Shown here: piece after piece, positions 1 to 13,839 of the stretch
Layout of the letters: every line of letters begins with the position of its first letter
How positions within the stretch are numbered: the stretch's first letter is position 1
Origin: Octopus sinensis
Taxonomy: Eukaryota
DNA length: 64,000 bases
Direction of reading: 5' to 3'
Assembly (NCBI RefSeq): GCF_006345805.1
Contig: NC_042997.1
Location: 187,364,001 to 187,428,000 of the forward strand
The notes under the pieces: model-generated
Told to the model about the DNA's origin: nothing
The model's input: the letters and a program-made list of their open reading frames with translations, nothing else
The model's database searches: none
Made by a program: the position numbers and the translations under genes

Positions 1-350
1 GTTTAACTAAGACTCTTCAGGGAATTGCTCCAGCATGGCCACAGTCAATTGACTGAAACATGTAAAAGAATTAAAGAGGTCAATACTAGAAACCTTCTGT
101 TGTGCCGCAGAGGAATTACAAGATAGGAAAAACTATAAATATTTTAGAACTGATGAGGGTTTTATGAGCACTCAGCATTAAATTGAAATCTTTCCATTAA
201 AAAATATAACGAGCCCCTTCCTCAGAACTAACTCCCTTTCTGTTTTGTTGGAACTGGGATAAACTTTATGACGCAATGAAATTCTCTAGTAAATGAGGAA
301 ATTTCTTTGTGGTTGGTCACGTGAGCCAGCCCAATTTACATCATATCACA

Positions 351-772
351 TACTCTTTTACTTGTTTCAGTCATTTGACTGTGGCCATGCTGGAGCACTG
401 CCTTTAGTCGAGCAAATCGACCCCAGGACTTATTCTTTGTAAGCCTAGTACTTATTCTATCGTCCTTTTTTGCCGAAGAACTGCTAAGTTACGGGGACAT
501 AAACACACCAGCATTGGTTGTCGAGTGATGGTGAGAGGGATACAAACACAGACACACATACACACACACACGCACATATATATACATATACACACATATA
601 CATATATACAACGGGCTTCTTTCAGTTTCCGTCTACCAAATCCACTCACAAGGCTTTGGTCAGTCTGAAGCTATAGTAGAAGACACTTGACCAAGGTACC
701 ACACAGTGGGACTGAACTCGGAACCATGTGGTTGGTAAGCTAGCTACTTACCACGCAGCCACCTCCTGCACC
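351..772 (-). mobile_element. tRNA-derived SINE family A, full length
   Basis: Reverse complement of the family consensus: head with A box TGGCTGTGTGG and B box GGTTCAGTCCC, body GCCTTGTGAGTGGATTTGGTAGACGGAAACTGAAAGAAGCC, internal TA/TG tract, tail GACTGAAACAAGTAAAAGAG; about 20 copies in the window. Confidence 0.9.
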
Positions 773-796
773 TTCAAAGGACGAGTGAACAAATCA

Positions 797-990
797 TGTA
801 ATGTAGTTATAGATATTCATTAAAAGAAGTGGTGGTCATAACTGGAGTGTCTTTTATCATAGCACTGTTTGCAGAGGGTTAACTCAACACAGCAACAAAT
901 AATTTGCTGATGATAAAAAAAGATAATAAAGTGTTAGCATTTTTCAGTAATGTAATCTCAAGTTTTTTTTCTTTTTTTGTCCAGTTTACT
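797..990. repeat. Old local direct duplication, copy 1 (copy 2 at ~2321-2466 and ~2865-2920)
   Basis: TAGATATTCATTAAAA..GGTGGTCATAACTGGAGTG..AATTTGCTGATGATAAAAA..AATAAAGTGTTAG occurs in both places; copy 2 is split by a SINE A. Confidence 0.8.
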
Positions 991-1373
991 CTCTCTCTTA
1001 CTCTCTTTTACTTGTTTCAGTCATTTGACTGCGGCCATGCTGGAGCACCACCTTTAGTCGAGCAAATCAACCCCAGGACTTATTCTTTGTAAGTCTTATT
1101 CTCTTTTTGCCGAACCAGCAAACACACCAGCATCGGTTGTCAAGCAATGCTAGGGGGACAAACACAGACACACAAACACATACATACATATATATATATA
1201 TACATATATACGACAGGCTTCTTTCAGTTTCCGTCTACCAAATCCACTCACAAGGCTTTGGTCGGCCTGGGGCTATAGCAGAAGACACTTGCCCAAGATG
1301 CCACACAGTGGGCCTGAACCCAGAACCATGTGGCTGGTTAGCAAGCTACTTACCACACAGCCACTCCTACGCC
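988..1373 (-). mobile_element. SINE family A (internal deletion)
   Basis: Same consensus as 351-772. Confidence 0.9.
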
Positions 1374-2466
1374 TACACATATTTTATTATATTTTATCAT
1401 TATATTTTATCATTATACTTTTAAAATTCTGTCTGGAACTTTAAACATTTCATGTATCAACATTAATATTTTAACTTGTCCTTTTTCTCTACTGCTATTG
1501 CTCGGATGTGTGTCTGATGTATAGCATATTGTTAATTGTATTAATCTTTGGTCATTTTCTTTTCTTTCTTTTTTTTTTTTTTGCCTCTGTGACCCACTGC
1601 CCTGAAATCTGACCTTGTTACTTCTTCCTATGTCTTCTTCAGCAGTATTCTTTCACAGATATCTTCCACTGACAGCGCACAACACTTTTCACCTAGAAAT
1701 CATTCATTCTCCATTCACATCACACAGCCATGATCACTGCGGATACTTCTCCAGCGACATTTTGACTGATGCCTTTATTATTATTATTATTATTATTATC
1801 ATCCAGCCACTCTCTCAGTTCACTTAATACTATCCATGATGTGGCCTTATTCAATAATGGACTGGGAATAATTATGCCACTAATGTTTTACTTAATGGCA
1901 TTAGTAGCAGAAGTGAAGTGAGATGGTTTTAACCTGGAATCAAAAGTCAGGCACATATTTGGCTAGCTGGAAGCTTAGTCCGACGTTCTATAAACATACA
2001 TTTCATCCACAGGCATAAGGCTTCGAATTTATTCAGTAAGTGGAAAGACAGGTGTGATATCCTTGTTTTCTTCAGGGACATCAGTAATGTAAGTGAATTG
2101 AAATTGCTTTAACCATGAGTCAAAGCAAGATTATTAAAATGGCTTGAAGTAAGATTATGTTCAGCAGCACTTTTAGCATTTATTCAAAATAAAGTTGGTA
2201 GTGAAATATTCTGTACATACATGGACACTCTTCTGTATTATTCTGATAGATATTTCCTTGCATATATAGATTTAGCAAAAAATGCTCACATGAAATTATG
2301 TGCTTATCCAAGTATTGTGTTGTAATGCAGTTGTAGATATTCATTAAAACAAGAGGTGGTCATAACTGGAGTGTTTTTTATTATAGCTCTATTCGCAAAG
2401 GGTTGACTTGATACAACAGCAATAAATTTCTTTTAATTTGCTGATGATAAAAAGAATAAAGTGTTA

Positions 2467-2860
2467 GGTGTAGCAGTGGCTGTGTGGTAAGTAGCTTGCT
2501 TACCAACCACATGGTTCTGGGTTCAGTCCCACTGTGTGGCAACTTGGGCAAGTGTCTTCTACTATAGCCTCGGGCTGACCAAAGCCTTGTGAGTGGATTT
2601 GGTAGACAGAAACTGAAAGAAGCCTGTTGTATATATATATATGTATGTATGTATATGTTTGTGTGTCTGTGATTGTTCCCCCAACATCGCTTGACAACTG
2701 ATGCTGGTGTGTTTACGTCCCCGTAACTTAGCAGTTCAGCAAAAGAGACCGATAGAATAAGTACTAGGCTTACAAAGAATAAGTTCTGGGGTCGATTTGC
2801 TCGACTAAAGGCAGTGCTCCAGCATGGCCACAGTCAAATGACTGAAACAAGTAAAGAGAG
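2467..2860 (+). mobile_element. SINE family A, full length
   Basis: A/B boxes, body and A-rich tail match the other copies. Confidence 0.9.
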
Positions 2861-3011
2861 GGAGTATTTTTTAATGTCTACTGAAGTGTAATCTCTAGTT
2901 TTATTTTTTGGTCGAGTTTCAGAATCTTTGATCTGTTAATTAAACACAAACACTAATTAGTATTAATTATTTACATCTTTGCTTTTTGCATATTCTAATT
3001 TTGCCAAGGGG

Positions 3012-3130
3012 GACAGGTGTGGCAGAGGTGCAGGTGCAGAAGAGGTGCAGGTGCAGAAGAGGTGCAGGTGTGGAAGAGGTGCAGGTGTGGCAGAAGTACA
3101 GGTGTGGAAGAGGTGCAGGTGTAGGGGTGG
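3012..3130 (+). repeat. 17-bp minisatellite (~TGCAGGTGTGGAAGAGG, 6-7 units) abutting a SINE A head
   Basis: Tandem units visible; the unit resembles the SINE start GGTGCAGG.GTGG. Confidence 0.8.
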
Positions 3131-3717
3131 TTGTGTGGTCAAGAAGTTTATTTCTCAACTACATGGTTGCAGGTTCAGTCCCACTGCATGACATGCTAGG
3201 TAAGTATCTTCTAATATAGCCTCAGGTCGACCAAAGCCTTGTCATTGCATTTGTTCAATGGAAATGGAAAGAAGCCCAACCTATGTGTGGGTGTATATAT
3301 ATGTGTGTATGCATATGTATGTATGTGTGTGTATTTGTGTTTCCTTATCTTGACATCTTGAAATAATTGTAAATGAGTGTAAATGATGTCAAGAAAAGTA
3401 GACAGAAATGTACACACGCATGTATAAAATACACACACACACACACACACATGCATGCACACATGCACATATGCACACATGCACACACGCACACACACAC
3501 ACATACACACACACAGATAAATATGATGGACTTCTTTCACTTTCTATCGACCAAATCTACTCACAAGGCTCTGGTCTGCCTAGGGCTATAGTTGAAAACA
3601 CTTACCCAAGGTCCTACGCAGTGGAACTGAACCCTGAACCATGTGATGGGTAAACAAACTTTTTACCATACAGTACTGCCAACACTTAGCAGTGTAATTC
3701 GTTTGCAGTATACAATA

Positions 3718-4131
3718 GGCACAGGATTGGTTGTGTGGTAAGTAGCTTGCTTACCAACCACATGGTTCCAGGTTCAGTCCCACTGTGTGGCACCTTGGGA
3801 AAGTGTCTTCTACTATAGCCTTGGGCTGACCAAAGCCTTGTGAGTGGATTTGGTAGACGGAAACTGAAAGAAGCCTGTCGTATATATGTATATGTATATA
3901 TGTGTGTGTGGTATATATGTTTCTGTGTCTGTATTTGTCCCCACCAACATTGCTTGACAACCAATGCTGGTGTGTTTACGTCCCCGTAACTTAGTGGTTC
4001 GGCAAACAGATTGATAGAATAAGTACTAGGCTTACAAAGAATAAGTCCTGGGGTTGATTTGCTTGACTAAGGGCGATGCTCCAGCATGGCAGCAGTCAAA
4101 TGACTGAAACAAGCAAAAGAGTAAAGAAGAG
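3718..4131 (+). mobile_element. SINE family A, full length
   Basis: Consensus match. Confidence 0.9.
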
Positions 4132-4690
4132 TTTACCCCCAAGACATGACCTGAATGCTTGCAAGAAAATTTACTAAACCCCACCAAAGACGACTCAAGT
4201 ACCAGGTTGTGGTGCTAAACCAGGAGTCAAAGGCATTCTACCAACCAAGAACTTAGTATGTAAAGAACCGGTAAAATGCAGCAAAGCTCTAATAATTTCT
4301 TTAGTTCACCACACTGGATTAGAACTTTATTTTATTGATCCCTAAAAGAAGAAAGGAAAAGTTGATCTCAGCAGAATTTGAACTCAGACCACAGAAAGCC
4401 AGAAAAAAAAAAATAAAACCCCAAAAAACTACAAGGCATTCTGTGCTTTTCTCTAACATTTGGCAGGAATGGTAGCATAAAATATAAGGCTAAATGTCTT
4501 GCTGTATTTATTAATTGCTTTCTACATATTGAACTTCGATCTTGTTAATGTTGACCCAACCTTTCATCCTTCTGGAATCATTAGCATAAAGCACCATTTA
4601 AGAACTTGCAACTCATTATATCAATTATGTCTTTACTCCAAAATTTGTGCAACCCAGTGTCAAGGTTAGAAATCATTATTTCTTTTTATT

Positions 4691-4900
4691 AGGTGGTGAA
4701 CTGACAGAATCATTACCATTCTGGACTCAACGTTTAGCAGCTTTTCTCCTAGCTTTATGTTCTGAGTTCAAAATTCCACCCAGGTTGACTGCTTTTCATC
4801 CTTCAGATGTTGAATAATATAAGATCCAGTTGAGCACTAGGGTTGGTTTAATCAACTAGCTACTTCTCCCAGAATTTCGGGCTTTATGCCTATTATTAAA
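4691..4900 (+). mobile_element. SINE family D, diverged
   Basis: GGTGAACTGACAGAATC..GTTCTGAGTTCAAAATTCC..TTTCATCCTT, as in 21393-21617. Confidence 0.65.
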
Positions 4901-4908
4901 ACATTATA

Positions 4909-5308
4909 GGCACAGGAGTGGCTGTGTGGTAAGTAGCTTGCTTACCAACCACATGGCTCTGGGTTCAGTCCTACTGCATGGCACCTTGGGCAAGTGTCTT
5001 CTACTATAGCCCCAGGCCAACCAAAGCCTTGTGAGTGGATTTGGTAGACAGAAACTGAAAGAAGCCCGTCATATATATGTATATTTACATATATATGTAT
5101 ATGTGTGTTTGTCCCTACTAACATCGCTTGACAACTGATGCTGGTGTGTTTACGTCCCCGTAACTTAGCGGTTCGGCAAAAGAGGCCGATAGAATAAGTA
5201 CTAGGCTTACAAAGAATAAGTCCTGGGGTCGATTTGCTTGACTAAAGGTGGTGCTCCAGCATGGCCACAGTCACATGACTGAAACAAGTAAAAGAGTAAA
5301 AAGAGTAA
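4909..5308 (+). mobile_element. SINE family A, full length
   Basis: Consensus match with (AAAAGAGT)n tail. Confidence 0.9.
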
Positions 5309-6584
5309 CCATTTTCTTATAAGTATAAAAGTATGGATGGTTTTCACTCGACACCCATGACACCACACAAAATCTTTCATCACATCTTGTCTATGATCAG
5401 TCTATTATATCTAGTGCTGAGTGAGTAGTGCATCAAATTCACAAGATATTCAAGGTAGCGTACACTCTAGCTGTACCACTCACTGATACTAGATGTTGCT
5501 GTTATTTGACTCTATTTCAAGAATATATAAGACTGCATTATCTAATATGTCTTATCCTTATATATGACAATGAGGTTAAAATCTGAGGGGGATTTGGCTC
5601 TGGTTAGCCTAGGGCTATAGTTGAAAACACTTTCCCAAGGTCCTATACAGTGGAACTGAACCCTGAACCACGTGGCTGGTAAAGAAACTTTTTACCTTAC
5701 AGTAATGCCAACACCTTAGCAGTGTAATGTTGCAAGTATTCAGGCCATGTCTTGGGGAATGAGGATAATCACTTACTCTTTTCTTCCAGTCTATCACTGA
5801 TGCCTTCACAAATAAGGGACTTGTACACTACCCTTCAATTCCTAAGTTCTCAAAAAGTAGAAAAAAAAAAAAGGAACTGGTTTAATGAGTTACTGAAAAA
5901 ACATCTTTATGGTTGCCCAACCTGAAAGAAATAGCAGGTAAATCTGTTAATATCAATCTGGTTAGTTGTTGCTGTTGTTAGCCTCCAGGCCAGGCTTGAG
6001 CAAGTAGATCTAAGATCAAAAGTATTCCAGCCATAATTCTCCCTTCTTTTACCTGAATCACATTGTCTAATGCAATGGTTAACAACCATTTTTTTTCCTA
6101 CAGACTCCTTTGATTTTTATTTTACTCAACTGAATCCCACAAAGCAGTTCCATGTTAAAAAAAAAATAATGTATTCTTATAATTACATATTCTTAAGAAT
6201 TGTATTTAAAAAAAACTGTTAAAATGTTGTCTATTGTAGAAGCATAACCAATTTATTGCACTGGGCAAGTGTCTTCTATTATAGCCTCAGGCTAACCAAA
6301 GTCTTGTGAGTGGATTTGGTACATGGAAACTGAAAGAAGCCCATCGTTGCCAGATAAGACTGGAGCCTGGTGCAGCCTTCTGGCTTCCCAGATCCCCGGT
6401 CAAATCGTCCAACCCATGCTAGCATGGAGAACGGACGTTAAACGATGATGATGATGATGATGATATATATATATACATATATATATATGGGGTCGATTTA
6501 TTCAACTAAAGGTGGTGCTGTTCCAGCATGGCCACAGTCAACTGACTGAAACAAATAAAAGAATATAAAAGAGTATATATATAT

Positions 6585-6995
6585 CATCATCATCATCATC
6601 ATTTAGCGTCCGCTTTCCATGCTAGCATGGATTGGACGGTTCAACTGGGGTCTGGGAAGCCAGAAGGCTGCACCAGGCCCAGTCTGTTCTGGCAGTGTTT
6701 CTACGGCTGGATGCCCTTCCTAACGCTAACCACTCCGTTAGTGTAGTGGGTGCTTTTTACGTGCCACACGCACAGGTGCCAGACGGGGCTGGCAAACGGC
6801 CACGGACGGATGGTGCTTTTTACGTGCCACCGGCACGGAGGCCAGGTGAGGCTGGCAACGGCCAGGATCGGATGGTGCTTTTTATGTGCCACCGGCACGA
6901 AGGCCAGTCGGCAGTCGGGGCGGCGCTGGCAATGGACATGGTCGGGTGGTGCTTTTTACGCGCCACCGGCACAGAGGCCAGTCGGGGCGGCGCTG
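6585..6995 (-). mobile_element. Family B (RTE-type 3' UTR/tail) with five internal ~50-bp tandem units
   Basis: (CAT)n then CCATGCTAGCATGG and GGATGCCCTTCC; GGTGCTTTTTACGTGCCAC-type unit repeated over ~6749-6990. Confidence 0.8.
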
Positions 6996-7020
6996 ATATA
7001 TATATATATGTATATATATT

Positions 7021-7078
<58 letters not shown>

Positions 7079-8261
7079 ATATTACATGCACATATGGATA
7101 TATTCATATACACATATACAAAAATATTTGGTTCATCTATATGCTGTCTGTCTATCTCTCTCTCTCTCTCTCTCACTCTCTCTCGATATATATATATATG
7201 TATATATATATATATGATATATGAATTTGAAATGGAATATTGAATAGCTGGCCCCCCTTTTTTTGTATTTTCCTGTCCTGTCAGATTAAGTCCTTTCCCA
7301 CCTCCCTTGTCCAACCCCCAACGCCCACCTGCCTACATTACATTCATATTCATCGCCTGTCTCCCCATCCACCCTGCCTTTCCCCCTCTCTTTCTACTCC
7401 CCCCTCACCACCTCGGCCCTTACCCTACATGCCCCAGTTATGTATGTTTATGGTCTGATGGCTATATAAGACAGATGTTACTTAATATCCTTTTGGAAAG
7501 TGTATACAATTATTTTGAGTTAAGGAGAGAGAAAGAGGGAAATAGAGAGAGAGGGAAAGAGAGAGAGAGAGGGAAGAGAGAGAGACAGGGAAAGAGAGAG
7601 AGAGAGGGAAAGAGAGAGAAGAGAGAGGCATCAAACATAAGGGCCATTCATTGGACTCTACAGGATCATCACTAACACCACCACCACCATGTCACCATTG
7701 TCGACAGCATCATCATCATCATCACCACCACCAACACCAGCATCATTGTCGTCAACATCCTCCTCCTCATCATCATTATTATCGTCATAACCACCTCCGT
7801 CATTACTACAACCACCACTATCACCACCTCCACCACCACCACCACCACCACCACTGTTGTCATCATGGTCGTTGATATTGATTGTTAATGATGTTGTCAT
7901 CCTAATTGTTATTTTCACCATTGTCATTGTCATCACCATTATCATCATTGTCATCATTCTTATAGTTGAAATAGTCCCAGCAGAAATTGTTGCATGGCTT
8001 CTCATCAGAATTTATTGTTCTAGCTACTCCAAAAGAAGTGCTTTGTTGCAGTTATTGCAGTGGCCGACTTGTTGTTAATGTCATTACTGCATGTATCCAA
8101 CAATTGTTTCTTGTCTCATCTGTCTACCCCAACAGAAGTTGTTCTTGTTATTGTAGTTACCCCCCCCCCCCACCTACTTTGATGATATTGTGCTGAAGTT
8201 ATCCAACAGTTGCTACTGCTGTGGTTATCCCAACAGGAGTTATTCTCATTGCAGTTGTCCA

Positions 8262-8344
8262 CTTCTGAAGAAATTTTGCCTAATATAATGATTTTAATAA
8301 TTGCTATTTAATCTGTTTAGGCTTAATTGAAACAGCTGTAAGAG
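8262..8344 (+). ncRNA. Penelope-type type I hammerhead ribozyme motif, core intact, stem I weak
   Basis: CTGAAGA-AATT..GCCTAA/TTAGGC..AATT-GAAA-CAGCTG-TA; palindromic stem III. Confidence 0.55.
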
Positions 8345-8554
8345 ACTATGTTTGATTTTTGCAGATAATAAGATTTTTATTAAATGCTATATCTCCATTT
8401 TCTTACTTTCTTTTGAATGTTCATAAATTATGGTTTATATATAAACCTATTGTTTTATGAATATTATTATTCACAACAAATATTAGGTATTGAACCAGTA
8501 ATTCATTGGATGATACCATCCCTTAATGAGGCTAATTTAACCTCTTATTGTATA

Positions 8555-8606
<52 letters not shown>

Positions 8607-8611
8607 TTTAC

Positions 8612-8649
<38 letters not shown>

Positions 8650-8686
8650 ATGTATGTATGTATATGTGTATCTATCTATCTATCTA

Positions 8687-8722
<36 letters not shown>

Positions 8723-9344
8723 TACATATATACGATGGGCTTCTTTCAGTTTCCATCTACCAAATCCACTCACAATCCCAAGGCTATAGTAGAAGACACT
8801 TGCCCAAGGTGCCATGCAGTGGAACTGAACCCGGAACCATGTGGTCAGTACTTACCATACAGCCACTCCTGCGCCTGGTAGAAAGAATTGTAGCTTTGTA
8901 GCTACTCTTTAGTTGTTCATGTTGTTACTGCAGCTATCTAAGAATTGTTACTGGCCTGACAGAAGCACCAGTAGAAGAAGATCCATACTGTTGAAGCGAC
9001 AACAGAATGTCTTTGATTCTCTTCAGCTTAAAATTTGAAATAATGGTTTGGAAATCTTGGCCATGCATGCTATGCCTCAAGGATCTAGGAGAGTATTGCA
9101 TATTCCATTCAGAATGTGGTCTGCATCTAAGATACTTAACAGCAGTAATGTAGATGGGAGGTGTGTCAGCAGGATGGACGGTCTGCTCCAAGTAATGCCT
9201 TTAAGGGGTAGGATAGCACTTTTGAGTCTGCTGTATAAGCCTGTATAGGCTTAGGGGCCCAGAGGTGGGTGGCAAAAAATACAAGGGCTGCCTCAGGGGT
9301 GGCGTACACTCTAGCAAGCCACAACTTATTGACATCATTATCAC

Positions 9345-9377
<33 letters not shown>

Positions 9378-10126
9378 TGTTGTCTTCATCTTTGTCGTTT
9401 GTAGCTCCACCCTCTCCCACTACCATCAATGTCATTGAAATCATCTCTTTTTTTTCATTGTCATCATCATCATCATCAACAACAACCACAGGACGAATCA
9501 ATCAGGTTGGTAGGCCATCAGAGGATGAGTTCGGTGTTGGTGTTGGGTGGTGGAATGGTCGAATGACTACGGTAGCAGCAACAGTAGCAGCAGGAGCAGT
9601 AGCAGCAGCAGTAGCAGCAATGCCAATGCTGCCAGTGGTGTTGGAGGAACAACAACAACAACAAGAAAAAAAGCAAATCTTATGTTAGGAAACCTACCAA
9701 GGGACTGCTTGCGTTAGGGAAACATATCTAGGGACTCTACTGCATGTGTGTGCTTGCTCTCTCTCCCCCTCTCTCCCCTTCTCTCTCTCCTTTCATCTCT
9801 TTGTCTCTGACTTCTCTATCTCCACCCTGTTCTAATCCTGCACAATTTTTTTTTATTTGTTTATTCTGTTATTCTTGTTCTTGTTATTGTGGTAGTTTAT
9901 AACGGAGGTGGGGGGACAGGGTCTTTTGTCTTAGTCGTGCTTGTTGTTGTTGTTGTTTATTCACTTAACGATAACCAGATGTATGTATGTTTCTGGTGGA
10001 GGGAAGTGCCGGTTGGTTGGAGGCGGTCGGTGATGGGTGAAAGTCAAGGAATGAGGAGGGAGGCAGGGAGGCGGGGACGGTGTGTTCCGGTGTTAGTGTG
10101 TGCAATGTGTATGCACGCATATGTGC

Positions 10127-10161
<35 letters not shown>

Positions 10162-11184
10162 TGTGTGTGTATGATTGTGTGTGTCCGTGTGTGTGCTTGT
10201 GTGTGTATGTGTTTGTGTGTGTGTGCACGTGTGCATGCGTGCTTGTGTATGTGAGAGTTAGTGAGAGTGATAGGGATAAAGAAAAAGAGAAAAGGATGTT
10301 TAAAGGCAGCAAAAGGGATGAAGAGAGGGAGAGAGAGAAAGAGAAAAAGCGAGAGACAGACAGACAGAAGGGATGTTTGAAGGTAGCAAAAGAGAAGGGC
10401 GAGGGGTGGAGGAGGTGGAGAGAAAGAAAGAGAGAAAGGTGAAATAAGAGAAAGAAGTGAAAGAGGGAGAAAGGGAGAGTGAAAGAATGAGAAAGAGTAA
10501 CAAAGAAAAAGAAACACACAATAAACACATACACATACTCACATACTCTCTCTCTCTCTCTCTCACACACACACAGAATTCAAAGAGAAAGAGACAGACA
10601 GGAAAGTGTGAAAATGTGAAAATGAGAAAAAGAGAGAGAGAGAGAGAAAGATGGAAAGAGTAAGAGAGAGAAAGAGAGAGAGGTGGGTAGACCTCCCCTT
10701 CTCCCACTTCACTACTCGGGGGGGGGGTCTATCTACCCTGTTTGGGGCAGGGGATGGGGTGAGGCGAAGATAGAGGGAGGTTGGTAGTGGGTCGGGGTTA
10801 GTTACCAATGATTTACAATTAGTGTTATTTTGTCAACATGTCTGCCAGGCTAAGGACAACAGTGGGAATTTAAAACTTCAGTTTTCATTTGACAATAGCC
10901 AGTCGTGGCTCATTAGCTTTGATCTGCCAACTTCTACTGGCTTCTGTGTTCCGCATGCATGTATGTATGTGTGTGTGTGTGCGCACGTGTGTTTGTGTAT
11001 GTGTACATGTGTTTGTGTGATTCCTTGTCCAAGAAGGTCATCTTCTGATCTGACCCGGCATCACAGATTACATCAGATGCTTTAATGCATTGAACCATTA
11101 TTATTAGGCATTGAGAATATGCGTATCTACATTTGTATGCTGTCTGTATATGTGTTTGTATGTGAGAAAATATGTATATATATA

Positions 11185-11617
11185 GGTGCAGGAGTGGCTG
11201 TGTGGTAAGTAGCTTGCTTACCAACCACATGGTTCCAGGTTCCGTCCACATGGTTCCAGGTTCCGTCCCACTGCATGGCACCTTGGGCAAGTGTCTTCTA
11301 CTATAGCTTCGGGCCAACCAAAACCTTGTGAGTGGATTTGGTAGACGGAAACTGAAAGAAGCCTGTCATATATATGTATATATATATATATGTATATGTG
11401 TGTATATGTTTGTGTGTTTGTGTTTGTCCCAACAACATTGCTTGACAACCAATGTTGGTGTCTTTATTTATGTCCCCGCAACTTAGCAGTTTGGCAAAAG
11501 AGACCGATAGAATAAGTACTAGGCTTACAAAGAATAAGTCCTGTTCGACTAAAGGTGGTGCTCCAGCATGGCTGCAGTCAAATGACAATCAAATAAATGA
11601 ATAAAGGAATAAAAGAA
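11185..11617 (+). mobile_element. SINE family A with a 21-bp tandem duplication over the B box
   Basis: CCACATGGTTCCAGGTTCCGT twice, at 11225-11245 and 11246-11266. Confidence 0.9.
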
Positions 11618-11660
11618 AAAATATACACATAATATTGAGTGCCTATATGCACATGTGACT

Positions 11661-11705
<45 letters not shown>

Positions 11706-11892
11706 TGAATAAGAATATAATTGTTTTAAATAGCAATCAAATCATGTGGCAGTATGGGAAGAAAATCCTTATTGGTATTAAAATTATAAATAAGGGTATC
11801 TAAGAGATACTACCTTGCTTGAAATAGCAGTAAAAACCTGACTCTGAAACAACTGAGCTGGTTGCTGTATATATGAGTATTTGTATGTTATG

Positions 11893-11937
<45 letters not shown>

Positions 11938-12091
11938 TATATACACATATATATATATATATGTATATATATATATTATATATATATATATAATTAATAT
12001 ATATCTATATATATATATATATATATATATACTCAAAATAATTCACACAGGTATAGAGGGAAAATAACGAAGATCACACGTACATCGATTA

Positions 12092-12154
12092 CTTGAGAAC
12101 ACCGTTTCTAGATTAGTTGAATATAAAGATCAACATTTCCTTCGTCAGCTCAAG
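12092..12154 (-). ncRNA. Type I hammerhead ribozyme motif in a (TA)n-flanked module (~12031-12280)
   Basis: Minus strand: CTTGAG-CTGACGA-AGG..GTTGA/TCAAC..TCTA-GAAA-CGGTG-TT-CTCAAG; 6-bp stem I, GUU site, imperfect base of stem II. Confidence 0.65.
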
Positions 12155-12276
12155 ATTTCTTTAGATTGGATTTGAGAGCACTAAAAATCGAACATACCCG
12201 TCTGATATGAGTAATCCCAGACAAACCATCTTCGACCGCTAGTACCAACGAATTCAAAAGTACAAACGAGGCTTTG

Positions 12277-12318
<42 letters not shown>

Positions 12319-12540
12319 ATTATGTACAGTTAATGGTACATCTCATTGACAATGACATATGGTTTTATACAGAGCCAGAAATCCAGGGTCTGAAATTATC
12401 CAGATTGCACTGGTTTTATTTATCTGTTTGTCCTTTCACCTTGTGCTGTATTGAATACTTGATGTGGTTTTAGAGTCAGGATTTGACTGCTATTTCAAGC
12501 ATTGTGGTATTTCTTAGATACCTTTATTTATAATATATAT

Positions 12541-12990
12541 CATCATCATCGTTTAACATTTGCTTTCAATGCTAGCATGGGCTGGACGATTTGACTGAGG
12601 ACTCGCGAACCAGATGATTGTGCCAGGCTCCAATCTGATCTGGCAGAATTTCAACAGCTGGATGCCCTTCCTAATGCCAACAACTCCAAGAGTGTAGTGG
12701 GTGCTTTTAAAGTGCCACTGGCACGAGGGCCAGTCTGGCAGTACTGGCAACGACCACGCTCAAAAATGGTGTTTTTCACGTGCCTCCTGCACAGGAGTCA
12801 GTCCAGCAGCACTGGCAACGACCTCACTCGAATGTTTTGTTCACGTGCCAGTGAGGCAATGCTGACAACGATCACACAAATGGTGCTCTTTACATGCCAG
12901 ACAGCTGCTCTGGCAGTGATCCCGCTTGGATGGAGCTGTTAGAGCTCCACTGGCATGGGTGCCAGTCATCGAATTTGGTTCAATTTCGAT
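12541..12990 (-). mobile_element. Family B (RTE-type 3' UTR/tail)
   Basis: (CAT)n tail, GGATGCCCTTCC block, decayed tandem units. Confidence 0.75.
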
Positions 12991-13624
12991 ATATATATAT
13001 ATATGTATTTAAGAAACACACAAAATTCTGTGCTGATATATATATATATATATATCAGCACGGAATTTTGTCAGTCGTCATGGTTTCAAAGTGATGAAAA
13101 TATTTTGGCAAATTAAATTTAAATGTTGAAGTGAATCTAACAGTTTTTGTGTGTTTCTTAAATGGTTTATAAACACCTTTCAATTGTTTTCGTTCCAGCA
13201 CACGATCTCAGATTAGGTCACTTGCTATGCAAGTAAATCCCAGTATTATATATATGTATGTATATATATAGATGGTGTATCTGAAATTTAAAGTGCACTT
13301 TAAATACAAACCTTTGACTCTGCAACACTGTATATAAATTCTCTACTGAGAATAACCAAGTTTAAAAATCTGCTGGATCTCACTCATAAGGGAATCTTAC
13401 ATTGCTTATAAACTCTATATTTGGAAGAACTCATTTTAAACTCTGTTGGACGTTTGGACTTTACTTATAGGATATTGAAATATTGCATATATACCATTAT
13501 GCCTATAAAATGGATTTACAACTTCAATATCCATACATATCTTGCCTCTATTTTCTTTCTTCCACCTCACTCTCTATTTTGTATCACATCTAAACTAACT
13601 ATGACTTAACTTTCCTCTCACACC

Positions 13625-13676
13625 GTCTCCGATGAAGGGATATTATTAATAAATATCCTAGAAACAGCTGTAAGAC
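13625..13676 (+). ncRNA. Type I hammerhead motif with U4C core variant
   Basis: GTCT-CCGATGA-AGGGATATT..AATATCCTA-GAAA-CAGCTG-TA-AGAC; module ~13270-13740 lies between (TA)n tracts. Confidence 0.65.
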
Positions 13677-13839
13677 ATTCTATCTATAAATTCTCTAATA
13701 TCTATACAGCCTTGGTTTTTTATCTTATTACGCAAAAAATTCTAATATATATATATATATATCTATATATATATATATATATAATAATATATATTGCGCC
13801 TCCATATATATATATAGTAATATTATTATTAATAATAAT

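Noticed and set aside
150-195. CTGATGAG..GAAA hammerhead
   Set aside because: Poor stem II and no stem III, NUH or stem I. The motif near 53410-53440 is similarly too decayed.
1107-1424. Recurrent peptide YDxLLSVSVYQIHSQGFG..[13 protein letters not shown] suggesting a gene family
   Set aside because: Antisense reading of SINE A; copies have frameshifts and no consistent start or splice structure.
7651-8005. Poly-His / poly-Gly-Asp ORFs
   Set aside because: Mixed CAT/CAC trinucleotide repeats, open in several frames, with no splice or domain support.
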